This document shows, piece by piece, positions 41,772 to 50,615 of a stretch of DNA of 64,000 nucleotides; position 1 is the stretch's first letter; every line of letters starts with the position of its first letter. The DNA comes from an uncultured delta proteobacterium. GTDB taxonomy: Bacteria; Desulfobacterota; RBG-13-43-22. The notes under the pieces were generated by a model that did not search any database, was not told the origin of the DNA, and saw nothing but the letters and a program-made list of their open reading frames with translations. The stretch spans positions 256,001-320,000 of the forward strand of contig CAVQFQ010000005.1 in the NCBI GenBank assembly GCA_963711835.1, given 5' to 3'. Both the position numbers and the translations under genes were made by a program.

Positions 41772-42844
41772 GGGGACGTTGTTCACTTTATTCACTATTG
41801 ATAGTTTTTTGCTTCTATTCGTTTAATGGCCATGGCCACTCCCGTAGTCCCAATTCCAACCAGGCGAGCGATTTCGGCCATTGGAATCCCGAGATCTCGG
41901 TTAAAATAGAAACAGAGTCTTTTCCGTAGTTCCGATACTGCTTTTCGTTGGCTCCCTGATATTAACTCGATTTCCTTGACCCCGGCTTCATGACATCTTT
42001 CTTTAATAATCTTCGATAACGATCCGGCTTTCTTTCGAGCTCGTATTTGGCGGGTCAACTTTTGATCTGCTTCTTCCAGAATTCCTTGGACGAAATCTCC
42101 ATCTCCTAATATCCGTTCATCATAAGTTTCGGATTCGCCCCTCTTTCTTAGAGATAAAACTTGCGACCATCCCCCCAGACTCCGAATCAATCCGCCACCG
42201 ACCAATTCTGGCCTTTGTCCAAGGCCCTTTCCTGCCGCCACAAATTCCCGGTAAGATTGAACGGCCTTTCTCTTTTTGGACCCAAAAAACCCGAGCACAA
42301 AATCTTTTTCCTGAAAATCATTCGTCTGCTTGCCGGATAAAATCCCGTGGCCGCACCAGGGGTAGTTTTCCAATTCTTCAAGATCATTAACCAATCTAGC
42401 CCTAAGAGGATTCAGGTGGATATATCGGACCAGTTCCAGAAGGTACGGATCCAGGTCACAAATAATTGATTTGTATCGGTTCTGAAACAGATGCCCGAAT
42501 CTCCGATATTTCCGGTTATACCCAATGGCATAACCGGTTAACAAACGTCGCATAAAGGTTGGAAGACCCGCCGGTCCGCTGATCAATAACAAATGAACAT
42601 GATTATCCAACAGCGCCCAGGCCAAAATACGGGTTCTGGTTTCCTTAACCAAGGAATTGATCCTATCGAGAAAATCCTTTCGATCTTCCGCATCCTGGAA
42701 AATATTACTTCCTTCTATCCCTCGTACCATAATATGGTGCAGGGTTCCGGGGATATCTAAACGAGCTTTTCGAGGCATAATTCTTTATAAACTGTTTCGC
42801 TCCTTATGTCAAAATTAATTGTGAATTAAATGAACAACGTCCCC
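41772..42844. mobile_element. Y1/RAYT-like transposase element with 24-bp terminal inverted repeats
   Basis: ggggacgttgttcactttattcac (41772-41795) vs gtgaattaaatgaacaacgtcccc (42821-42844), 22/24 match. Confidence 0.8.
41795..42778 (-). CDS. REP-associated tyrosine transposase-like HUH (Y1) protein with C-terminal HTH
   Basis: MPRKAR, HHIMVRG, NHVHLL, GHLFQNRYKS, YIHLNPLRA, YPW. Confidence 0.92.
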   Translation of the reverse strand: MPRKARLDIPGTLHHIMVRGIEGSNIFQDAEDRKDFLDRINSLVKETRTRILAWALLDNHVHLLLISGPAGLPTFMRRLLTGYAIGYNRKYRRFGHLFQNRYKSIICDLDPYLLELVRYIHLNPLRARLVNDLEELENYPWCGHGILSGKQTNDFQEKDFVLGFFGSKKRKAVQSYREFVAAGKGLGQRPELVGGGLIRSLGGWSQVLSLRKRGESETYDERILGDGDFVQGILEEADQKLTRQIRARKKAGSLSKIIKERCHEAGVKEIELISGSQRKAVSELRKRLCFYFNRDLGIPMAEIARLVGIGTTGVAMAIKRIEAKNYQ

Positions 42845-42850
42845 ATTTCC

Positions 42851-43078
42851 CATGTCCAGGGGGCGCTTTATGAGGCTGTGCGCAAGGCCAAACTCACCAA
42901 GCGTGTCACTTCTCATACCTTCCGCCACAGCTTTGCCACTCATCTTTTACAGGCCAATTATGATATCCGGACGATCCAGACACTACTTGGTCACAGCGAC
43001 GTGAGGACCACGATGATTTACACCCACTGCCTACCCAGCCGGACTGTGAAAGAGGCCAAAAGCCCCCTTGATTTCTAA
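42851..43078 (+). pseudogene. intI: Integron integrase, C-terminal fragment
   Basis: [12 protein letters not shown]...[22 protein letters not shown]...SPLD; 5' part missing, element TIR abuts. Confidence 0.88.
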
Positions 43079-43343
43079 TTTGTTCTCATCCGTCGGAGGG
43101 GACATAGGTGCTGAGTGAACCTATTATCTTTGAAAAACCTGCTCTTGGAGAGGAGCTAAAGGCGGTCAGCCATGAGTCGGGCTAAAGGGAATTCCTTTAA
43201 GGCAGGCGATCCGTTTGACCATGGATAAATCAAAGGGGTCGATTCGGAGGGAAACCGGTTGGCGGACCGGGCGCCGGGCAATGAAGGGAAAGCAGGTTTT
43301 TGGGGTGGATGGTGACAGCACCAATCCGCAACCGGTAAAGAAA

Positions 43344-43372
43344 AGGGGGTCAACCTGTTTGGTTAACCCCCT
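43344..43372 (-). terminator. Terminator of the tRNA operon
   Basis: agggggttaacc/ggttgaccccct stem followed by T-tract. Confidence 0.7.
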
Positions 43373-43380
43373 GATGTTTC

Positions 43381-43457
<77 letters not shown>

Positions 43458-43469
43458 CTAAGCTGCCCC

Positions 43470-43544
43470 TGGTAGGCGGAACAGGATTTGAACCTGTGAC
43501 CCTCGGCTTGTAAGGCCGACGCTCTCCCGCTGAGCTACCCGCCC
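43470..43544 (-). tRNA. tRNA-Val(TAC)
   Basis: GGGCGGGTAGCTCAGCGG...CTTACAA...GGTTCAAATCC...ACCA. Confidence 0.96.
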
Positions 43545-43554
43545 AGAATGGTAA

Positions 43555-43583
43555 AGTATAGTGGCCCCAGGCCATTTGGTCAA
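43555..43583 (-). promoter_or_regulatory. sigma70 promoter of tRNA-Val/Asp
   Basis: TTGACC-17 bp-TATACT ending 10 nt upstream of tRNA-Val. Confidence 0.75.
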
Positions 43584-43645
43584 GAAAAAAAAGATGACGC
43601 TTTCTCTTGACCCCGGGTTCGAACAATGGTAGTTTTTTCCCCGAC

Positions 43646-44524
43646 ATGGCCATCCCGTTCTGCAGAAAAATCCCCTGGCTGCTGCTGATTCTCTGGATCG
43701 GGCCGGGCTGTTTTTCCAGTCAGCAATACCTGACGGAAAAAGGGTCCTCCCTGTTCAAGGAAATCGCCCTTTCAGCCAACCGGCAGTCCGATCCGGTTCT
43801 GGTCCGCCAGGGCATCCCTTCCTACCTGATGTTGATCGACGGCCTGATCCAGACCTACCCGGACAATCAGGAATTTCTCTTAGCCGGAGCCCAGGCCTAT
43901 GCCTCCTATGCTTCGGTGCTGGAGGATGAGGAACAGAAAAGAGTCCCCCCCGTGCTCGGCAAGGCCAAAGAGTATATCCTGCGGGCCATCCGGTTGAACC
44001 GGCTTTTTAACGGGGTTATCGGGAAACCGTTAGCGCTTTTCCAAACCCAGTTAAGCCAGGCCGACAAAAAGGATGTCCCTTTTCTTTTTTGGGCGGGCAG
44101 TATCTGGGGCACCTGGATCGCCAATGAAACCGAATCCCTGGAGGCCATGGCCGAACTGCCCTGGGTGGAGGCCATCATGGAAAGGGTGCTGCAGCTTGAT
44201 CCCGGCTTCTATTTTGGCGGCCCCCATCTTTTTAAGGGCATTCTTTATGCCCTTCGGCCGGCTCCCTTTGGCGGCGACTTGAAAAAATCCCGGGAGCATT
44301 TCCAGCAGGCCCTAACATTCAGCCAGGGGAAATTTTTGATGACCTCGGTCTATTATGCCCAGTATTATGCCCGGCAAAGCCTGGACCGCAACTTATATAC
44401 CGCCACCCTGAATCGGGTTTTGGAGGCAGCGGCCGATCAGGAACCTGACCTGACCCTGGTCAATACCTTAGCCCAGCGTAAAGCCAAGAAACTTCTAGCG
44501 CAAGCGGATGAATTTTTCGACTGA
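43646..44524 (+). CDS. TRAP transporter T component (TatT-like lipoprotein)
   Basis: Lipobox-like GPGC, DPVLVRQGIPS, helical TPR-like repeats; first gene of a dctPQM operon. Confidence 0.82.
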   Translation: MAIPFCRKIPWLLLILWIGPGCFSSQQYLTEKGSSLFKEIALSANRQSDPVLVRQGIPSYLMLIDGLIQTYPDNQEFLLAGAQAYASYASVLEDEEQKRVPPVLGKAKEYILRAIRLNRLFNGVIGKPLALFQTQLSQADKKDVPFLFWAGSIWGTWIANETESLEAMAELPWVEAIMERVLQLDPGFYFGGPHLFKGILYALRPAPFGGDLKKSREHFQQALTFSQGKFLMTSVYYAQYYARQSLDRNLYTATLNRVLEAAADQEPDLTLVNTLAQRKAKKLLAQADEFFD

Positions 44525-44539
44525 AAAGGAGGGCCCCGG

Positions 44540-45556
44540 ATGCACCCCAACCTGAAAAGAAAGCTGCTGGGATTGATTTCTTTCTGGGCCATGCTGCTGA
44601 TGGTCCAATCGGCAGGGGCTGAGAAAGTGGTTTTGAAGCTGGGCACCCTGGCCCCGGAGGGCAGCACCTGGACCAAGGCCATCCGGGATATCAACCAGGA
44701 ACTGGAGCAGAAGACCGGCAAAGAGATCAGCCTGCGCCTCTTTCCCGGGGGCGTTCTGGGCGATGAGGAGGACATGCTGCGCAAGATCAAGGTCGGCCAG
44801 ATTCAAGGCGGCTTTTTTACCGGGGGCGGCCTGGGCCTGATCTTTAAAGACATCAAGATCCTGGCCATCCCTTTTCTCTTTGAAAACTATGAAGAAGTAG
44901 ACGCCCTGATGAACCGGATGAGTCCTTTTTTTGAAAAGGGCGTCCTGGAGAACGGCTACAAGATAATGGGTTGGGCGGAATCCGGTTTTCTTCACCTTCT
45001 ATCAAAACATCCCATCAAAAATGCAGCCGATTTCCGTAAGGGCAAGGTCTGGATCTGGGAGGATACGGCCATGGGTCGGGCTCTGTTCAAAGAATTAGGC
45101 ATCAATCCTATTCCCCTCGGCATCCCGGATGTGCTCATTTCCCTGCAAACCGGCATGATCGATACGGTTTATGCTTCCCCGGTGGCGGCCATTTCCATGC
45201 AATGGTTCACCCGGGTTTCTTATCTGACCGACATTCCTCTGGCCTATTCCGTGGGTGCCCTGGTCATGCAAAAATCGGCCTTCGAAAAGATACCGCCTGC
45301 TTTGAGGGGGACCGTGGAGGAAATCTTCCGCCGCCACATCGCCCTATTAAAAGAAAATATCCGCAAGGAAAACCAGAAGGCCGTGGGGGTGATAACCAAA
45401 CAAGGGATAAAACTGGTCACCCCCGGAGCTAAGGAGGTTAAAGAACTCCAGGCCTTGTGTGCCAAAGGTATTGATACCCTGGGCGAAGAGCAGTTTTCCA
45501 AAAAAACCCTGGCCGAAGTCCGGGCCTTTTTAAAAACCTTTCGCAAAGAAAATTGA
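44540..45556 (+). CDS. dctP: TRAP substrate-binding protein (DctP/TatP)
   Basis: LKLGTLAPEGSTW, FPGGVLGDE, SLQTGMID. Confidence 0.9.
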   Translation: MHPNLKRKLLGLISFWAMLLMVQSAGAEKVVLKLGTLAPEGSTWTKAIRDINQELEQKTGKEISLRLFPGGVLGDEEDMLRKIKVGQIQGGFFTGGGLGLIFKDIKILAIPFLFENYEEVDALMNRMSPFFEKGVLENGYKIMGWAESGFLHLLSKHPIKNAADFRKGKVWIWEDTAMGRALFKELGINPIPLGIPDVLISLQTGMIDTVYASPVAAISMQWFTRVSYLTDIPLAYSVGALVMQKSAFEKIPPALRGTVEEIFRRHIALLKENIRKENQKAVGVITKQGIKLVTPGAKEVKELQALCAKGIDTLGEEQFSKKTLAEVRAFLKTFRKEN

Positions 45557-46053
45557 TGCCAACCGCTCCTTCCCGGCTGAAGCGGTTGGCCTCCTGCTGG
45601 TTGCGGCTGGAAGAGATCCTGCTGGTAGCCCTTCTGCTTTTAATGGTCCTGCTGGGATTTCTCCAGATCTTTTTCCGCAATGTCATTTCTGTCGGACTGA
45701 TCTGGATTGATCCCCTGCAGCGGCATATGGTCCTCTGGGTGGCCCTGCTCGGCGCCTCGGTGGCCACCAGGGAAAACCGGCATATTGCGATTGATCTGCT
45801 TGAGGGCCGCCTGGGGGGGAAAAGCCTGGCCCGGATCCGGGCGGCCATCCACTTCTTTTCCGCTTTTATCTGCTTCCTGCTCGTTCATCCGGCCCTGAGA
45901 TTTGTCCAGGAAGAATATCAGGTAGGCAAGACCCTGGCCCTGGGCATCCCCATTTGGGTATCCCAGTCCATCCTGCCGGTGATGCTGACGGTCATCGGCC
46001 TGCGATTCTTGGCCAGGGGCTGGACACTCCTGATAAGCAGGACCAAGGATTAA
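45553..46053 (+). CDS. dctQ: TRAP small permease
   Basis: 4 TM, HIAID motif. Confidence 0.88.
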   Translation: MMPTAPSRLKRLASCWLRLEEILLVALLLLMVLLGFLQIFFRNVISVGLIWIDPLQRHMVLWVALLGASVATRENRHIAIDLLEGRLGGKSLARIRAAIHFFSAFICFLLVHPALRFVQEEYQVGKTLALGIPIWVSQSILPVMLTVIGLRFLARGWTLLISRTKD

Positions 46054-46058
46054 ATAAA

Positions 46059-47315
46059 ATGGGCCTCCTTTCTTCCCTGGTGACCGTCCTGCTGGCCCTG
46101 GCCGGGACCCCTCTTTTTATCGTCATTGCCGCCGGCGGTCTTTTCTTCCTTTATACCAACGGCATAGACCTCTCGGCCATGATCATCGAATTGTACAAGC
46201 TGGCCCATACCCCCATGCTGGTGGCCCTGCCTCTGTTTGCCTTAGCCGGGTATATCCTGGCTGGAAGCAACGCCCCCAACCGCCTGGTCCGCCTTTCCGG
46301 GGCCCTCCTGGGCTGGCTTCCCGGTGGCCTGGCGGTCATTGCCTTGTTCTTTTCAGCCATCTTTACGGCCTTAACCGGGGCCACCGGATTAACCATCATC
46401 GCCCTGGGCGGCCTCTTATACCCGGCTTTGATCCGTCAAAAATATCCCGAGAAATTTTCCCTGGGGCTCTTGACCACCTCGGGGACCCTGGGATTGCTTT
46501 TCCCTCCCAGCCTGCCCCTTATCCTGTACGGCGTGGTGGCCCAGACCAGCATCGATCAGTTGTTCCTGGCCGGGATCATCCCCGGATTGATTATGGTTTT
46601 TCTTCTCTCCCTTTACAGCGCCTGGAAGGGCATCAGAAATCAGGTGGCCCGGCCTCCCTTTACCGTTAAGGAATTAAAAGAGGCTTTGCGGGAATCCATC
46701 TGGGAAATCCCCCTTCCTTTTGTGGTTCTGGGCGGGATCTATACCGGGTTCGTAGCCATCAGCGAGGCCGCCGTACTGACCGTAGTCTATGTCCTGATCG
46801 TCGAAGTTTGGGTTTATCGGGATATTAAGGTCCGCGACCTGTTCCAGGTTATTTTGAAGAGCTCTGTCCTGGTAGGCGGGATCCTGATCATTTTGGGGGT
46901 CTCCTTCGGCCTGACCAATACCTTGATCAACGAAGAGATCCCCATGAAGGTTTTGGACTTCTTAAAGGATCATGTCCATAGTCCTTATGTCTTCCTGCTC
47001 TGGCTCAACCTCTTTCTCCTGGCGGCCGGCTGCCTCCTGGGCATGTTTCCGGCCCTGACCATCCTGGTGCCCCTGATCATTCCCCTGGCCCAAGCCTATG
47101 GGCTGCACCCGGTCCATCTGGGGATCATCCTCCTGACCAATCTGGAAATCGGGGCTTCTCTGCCGCCGGTGGGGATCAACCTCTTTGTCGCCAGTATGCG
47201 GTTTGAACGGCCGGTCCTGGATCTCTATCAGGCCTCGATCCCTTTTATCATCATCCTATTTTTGACCTTGATCTTGATTACCTATCTGCCGGCCTTGAGT
47301 TTGGTGTTTCTGTAA
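46059..47315 (+). CDS. dctM: TRAP large permease
   Basis: LVALPLF, LGLLFPPS, GLHPVHLG, PPVGINLF. Confidence 0.92.
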   Translation: MGLLSSLVTVLLALAGTPLFIVIAAGGLFFLYTNGIDLSAMIIELYKLAHTPMLVALPLFALAGYILAGSNAPNRLVRLSGALLGWLPGGLAVIALFFSAIFTALTGATGLTIIALGGLLYPALIRQKYPEKFSLGLLTTSGTLGLLFPPSLPLILYGVVAQTSIDQLFLAGIIPGLIMVFLLSLYSAWKGIRNQVARPPFTVKELKEALRESIWEIPLPFVVLGGIYTGFVAISEAAVLTVVYVLIVEVWVYRDIKVRDLFQVILKSSVLVGGILIILGVSFGLTNTLINEEIPMKVLDFLKDHVHSPYVFLLWLNLFLLAAGCLLGMFPALTILVPLIIPLAQAYGLHPVHLGIILLTNLEIGASLPPVGINLFVASMRFERPVLDLYQASIPFIIILFLTLILITYLPALSLVFL

Positions 47316-47320
47316 AAAGA

Positions 47321-47383
47321 AGGGTCCAAGGGGTCGAGGGTTCGGATACTGGATGCTGGATAAAAGCAAAAGACGATACTGGG
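47321..47383. repeat. Short tandem octamer/heptamer repeat cluster
   Basis: agggtccaaggggtcgagggttcggatactggatgctggataaaagcaaaagacgatactggg; related to 26553-26688, 31975-32010 and 11808-11840. Confidence 0.6.
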
Positions 47384-47402
47384 AAAAGACAACGGGTCAG
47401 AG

Positions 47403-48296
47403 ATGATAACCTTGGAAGATAAAACCGGGGCCAAGGCCATGATCGCTCCGGAACTGGGGGGCTGGTTGCTGCGTTATGCCCGGCCTCTGCCGAATCATGG
47501 ATTGGTCGAGGCCCTGCATTGGTCCCAGGAGGTCATTGACCGCTATCCGAAAGAAATGGTTGCCGGCAACCCGATCCTGTTTCCTCTGGTGGGGAAGAAT
47601 ATCTGGGAGGGCCGGGAGCACCTGTACCGATGGCAGGATCGCACCTATGAAATGCCCCAGCACGGCTTCGGACGCCGCTCCCCCTGGAAGGTTATTAATC
47701 AAACCTCTGACAGTGTCACCCTGGAACTGACCGATAATGAGACTACCTGGACGGTGTATCCCTTTTCATTCCGCCACCGAGTCCGGTATCGCCTCGATCA
47801 GGGTCGGCTCCATTGGGAACAGGAGGTCGAAAACACCGGCCGGGGTCCTTTGCCTTTCAGCTCCGGCTTCCATCCTTACTTCAGCGTCCCTCTTGGTAAA
47901 AACAGCAGCCGCTCTCAGTGCCTGGTCAAAATCCCGGCAGCCAGCCGGGTTTCCTCCGGGGATTTTTGGGAAACCTATACCAAGGACCCTGTCCCGGCCC
48001 AATCATGGGCTTTAAGTAATGCCCCTCAGGAGACGGTCTTTTTCACCGATCTGGCAAAACAGGAATTGTCCCTGGTTGATTCTCAGGGCCGGTTGGAAGT
48101 GGTTTTAAATTTTGAAGAGGCCCGGCAGCACCGTTTCGTGGCCCTCTGGACCCGGTCCCCGGAGGCGCCATTTTATTGCCTCGAGCCCTGGACGGCCTTA
48201 CCCAATTCTTTTACCCGCGGGCAGGACCTTGTTCTGCTTGAACCCGGGGAGCTTTTTCGGGCGGCCTTCTCACTGGAAATAAGGGCTGCAGTTTAA
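47403..48296 (+). CDS. Aldose 1-epimerase (galactose mutarotase-like)
   Basis: GNPILFP, HGFGR, YPFSF, GFHPYF, YCLEPWT. Confidence 0.9.
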   Translation: MITLEDKTGAKAMIAPELGGWLLRYARPLPNHGLVEALHWSQEVIDRYPKEMVAGNPILFPLVGKNIWEGREHLYRWQDRTYEMPQHGFGRRSPWKVINQTSDSVTLELTDNETTWTVYPFSFRHRVRYRLDQGRLHWEQEVENTGRGPLPFSSGFHPYFSVPLGKNSSRSQCLVKIPAASRVSSGDFWETYTKDPVPAQSWALSNAPQETVFFTDLAKQELSLVDSQGRLEVVLNFEEARQHRFVALWTRSPEAPFYCLEPWTALPNSFTRGQDLVLLEPGELFRAAFSLEIRAAV

Positions 48297-48326
48297 CATG
48301 CTGAAGTCAAAAACCCTTCGTCCTTT

Positions 48327-49094
48327 CTATTTCGCCCCCATCCTAAGCCCCCCATCCAGCCGGATCACTTCGGCATTCAGCATGGGGTTTCCGATAATAT
48401 GGGCAACCAGCATGGCAAATTCAATCGGTTTTCCTAAGCGCTGGGGGAACAGGCTCATCTTGGCCAGGGACTCCTGAACTTTTTCCGGCATCCCGGTCAG
48501 CATCGGGGTGCCGAAGATCCCCGGGGCGATAGTCATGACCCGGATCCCATAGCCGGCGAATTCCCGGGCGATGGGCAGGGCCATTCCGGCCACGGCAGCT
48601 TTGGATGCGGCGTAGGCGGCCTGGCCGTATTGCCCCTCGAAAGCGGCAATAGAAGCGGTATTGATCATAACCCCTTTTTCACCGTCTTCATTAGGCTGGT
48701 TCTTGGCCATCTGCTCGGCAGCCAATCGAATCACATTCATGGTACCGATTAAGTTAATAGCTATGACCTGGTTAAAGTGCGCTATCGGCAGGGGGCCTTC
48801 CTTACCCAGGACCTTGCCGGCTGTCCCCACCCCGGCGCAGTTGACGACTATATGGATGGACCCAAATTCCTGCCTGGTTTTATCTATGGCAGCCTGGACG
48901 CTCTTTTCATCGGTCACATCGGTTTTGCAAAAAATTGCCTTACTCCCCAATTCAGCCGCTACCTGTTTTCCCCGGTCTTCGGCAAAATCGAGAATGGCCG
49001 CCTTAGCCCCTTTCTCAAGAAGATAACGAACCGTGGCCTCTCCCAAACCTGAGGCACCTCCTGTAACAATCGCCACCTTATCTTTAATATCCAT
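48327..49094 (-). CDS. SDR 3-hydroxyacyl-CoA dehydrogenase (type II/HSD10-like)
   Basis: TGGASGLG, NCAG, NTASIAAFEGQ, YAASK, IRLDGGLRM. Confidence 0.92.
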   Translation of the reverse strand: MDIKDKVAIVTGGASGLGEATVRYLLEKGAKAAILDFAEDRGKQVAAELGSKAIFCKTDVTDEKSVQAAIDKTRQEFGSIHIVVNCAGVGTAGKVLGKEGPLPIAHFNQVIAINLIGTMNVIRLAAEQMAKNQPNEDGEKGVMINTASIAAFEGQYGQAAYAASKAAVAGMALPIAREFAGYGIRVMTIAPGIFGTPMLTGMPEKVQESLAKMSLFPQRLGKPIEFAMLVAHIIGNPMLNAEVIRLDGGLRMGAK

Positions 49095-49150
49095 GGCTAT
49101 ACTCCTTTCTTTTATTCGGGGCAACACGTGATAGCTTTAAAAATTATCCC

Positions 49151-49969
49151 CTATTTCTCTTTCTCCAAAGGAATCCATCGATAGGAAATGCCTTGGGGAC
49201 GCACTTCTACCAGGACGAACCCATATTCGGCCTTTCCAAATCCATATCTTCCGTAGAGTTTGGCCCCGCCCCCGGCGCTGATGACGTATTTGATGCCGTC
49301 CACTTCCATTTCGTCGAAGAGGTGGATATGGCCCATGAAAACCAGGGGAACCCGTGCCTGCTTCATCAAGGCAATCACATCCTCCCCCCGGCCGCCTTCC
49401 GAATCGGATTGCATGGCGTGAACGGCCCAGCGTCCAAAGGGCGGCGGGTTATGAAACGCCACCAGACATATCTTTTTATCCGTCAGGGTCTTTTTAGCAA
49501 ATTCAATATCCGCCTCGTTGAATTTTCCCGCCCCATTATCCAGACCTACAAAGCGGTAGTTTCCATAATCGAAATACCAGTTCAGCGGACCCACAAAATT
49601 CCGGTATGGCCCGGATCCAAAAAGAACGTCATGATTACCCGGCACATGAAGGATGGGAATATCAAAATCCGCAATCAGCTTTTTATAGTGTTCGAATTCC
49701 CCCTCGCCCCCTTTATGGACGAGGTCGCCGGTATTTAAAATAAATAACGGCTTGTAATCCCTGGCCTTATTTAAAAGCCGGGTATAAACATCGTCATTGC
49801 CCCTCATATCGCCCAGGACAATAAAGGGGAAGCCCTTTTCCAATCCCGATTGGTCGGCCTGGATGGCCTGGATATTTTTTTCCAATGATAAAGGTACGGC
49901 CCAAACTGCTTGGAAAAAACTGAGCAGAAGAGCTACGATAATCCCCATGATGAGCGCTTTCTGTTTCAC
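49151..49969 (-). CDS. Secreted metallophosphoesterase
   Basis: Signal peptide; GD, TGDLV, PGNHD, FH, GHIH. Confidence 0.9.
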   Translation of the reverse strand: MKQKALIMGIIVALLLSFFQAVWAVPLSLEKNIQAIQADQSGLEKGFPFIVLGDMRGNDDVYTRLLNKARDYKPLFILNTGDLVHKGGEGEFEHYKKLIADFDIPILHVPGNHDVLFGSGPYRNFVGPLNWYFDYGNYRFVGLDNGAGKFNEADIEFAKKTLTDKKICLVAFHNPPPFGRWAVHAMQSDSEGGRGEDVIALMKQARVPLVFMGHIHLFDEMEVDGIKYVISAGGGAKLYGRYGFGKAEYGFVLVEVRPQGISYRWIPLEKEK

Positions 49970-50047
49970 GATTTTAAAAACATTCTCCTTTCCTGGATGA
50001 TTGTAATAGAGGGACTTTAAGGAATGCCGGGGGAGCCGTCAATAAAA

Positions 50048-50076
50048 AAGGGCCGTCTTTTTAGCCGACGGCCCTT
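50048..50076 (-). terminator. Intrinsic terminator
   Basis: aagggccgtc/gacggccctt followed by T-tract on the minus strand. Confidence 0.7.
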
Positions 50077-50105
50077 GCCTGATGGAAGGCCTCAAACCCT
50101 TGCCG

Positions 50106-50423
50106 TTAATCTTTTTTCTTTTCGTCTTTCTTGGGGGCCTTCTTGGTTACCTTTTTCTTCGGAGCCGGTTTTTTGGCCACAGGGGCTTTTTGTTCGGCCG
50201 GGGCTACCTTTTGTTCCGGGGCTTTGGCCTCCGGAGCCTTGGCCTCCTCTTTCTTGGCCTCTTCCTTCTTCTTGTCTTTGGCATCTTCCAGGTGCAGGGT
50301 TTTCTGTTTCGGAATGCCTTCTTTATCCCTCAGGGCCTTAAAGGTATCATTTCCAAAGGCTGAAAAAATCCCCGTTCCGAAAATAAAAGCAAAAGCCGTT
50401 ACTATTACGATTCCCTTTCTCAT
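50106..50423 (-). CDS. Small secreted Lys/Ala/Glu/Pro-rich protein
   Basis: Signal peptide, low-complexity KAPEAKAPEQK; GGAGG RBS and its own terminator. Confidence 0.75.
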   Translation of the reverse strand: MRKGIVIVTAFAFIFGTGIFSAFGNDTFKALRDKEGIPKQKTLHLEDAKDKKKEEAKKEEAKAPEAKAPEQKVAPAEQKAPVAKKPAPKKKVTKKAPKKDEKKKD

Positions 50424-50615
50424 CCTTTTTCCTCCTTTATTACTGTTTTATAATAATCCCCCCCAGAGGGGATTTCTCTCCTTCTCCTTGTAACTATTTT
50501 AATTTTATAAAACATTTCCATTAAAATCAAGCCCTAAAAATGCAATTTCTTTGCTTGACTTAGCCTCCCTATAATGCTTAAATTTCAAATCCAAAAAGTA
50601 TCTTAAGGCCGTTAA

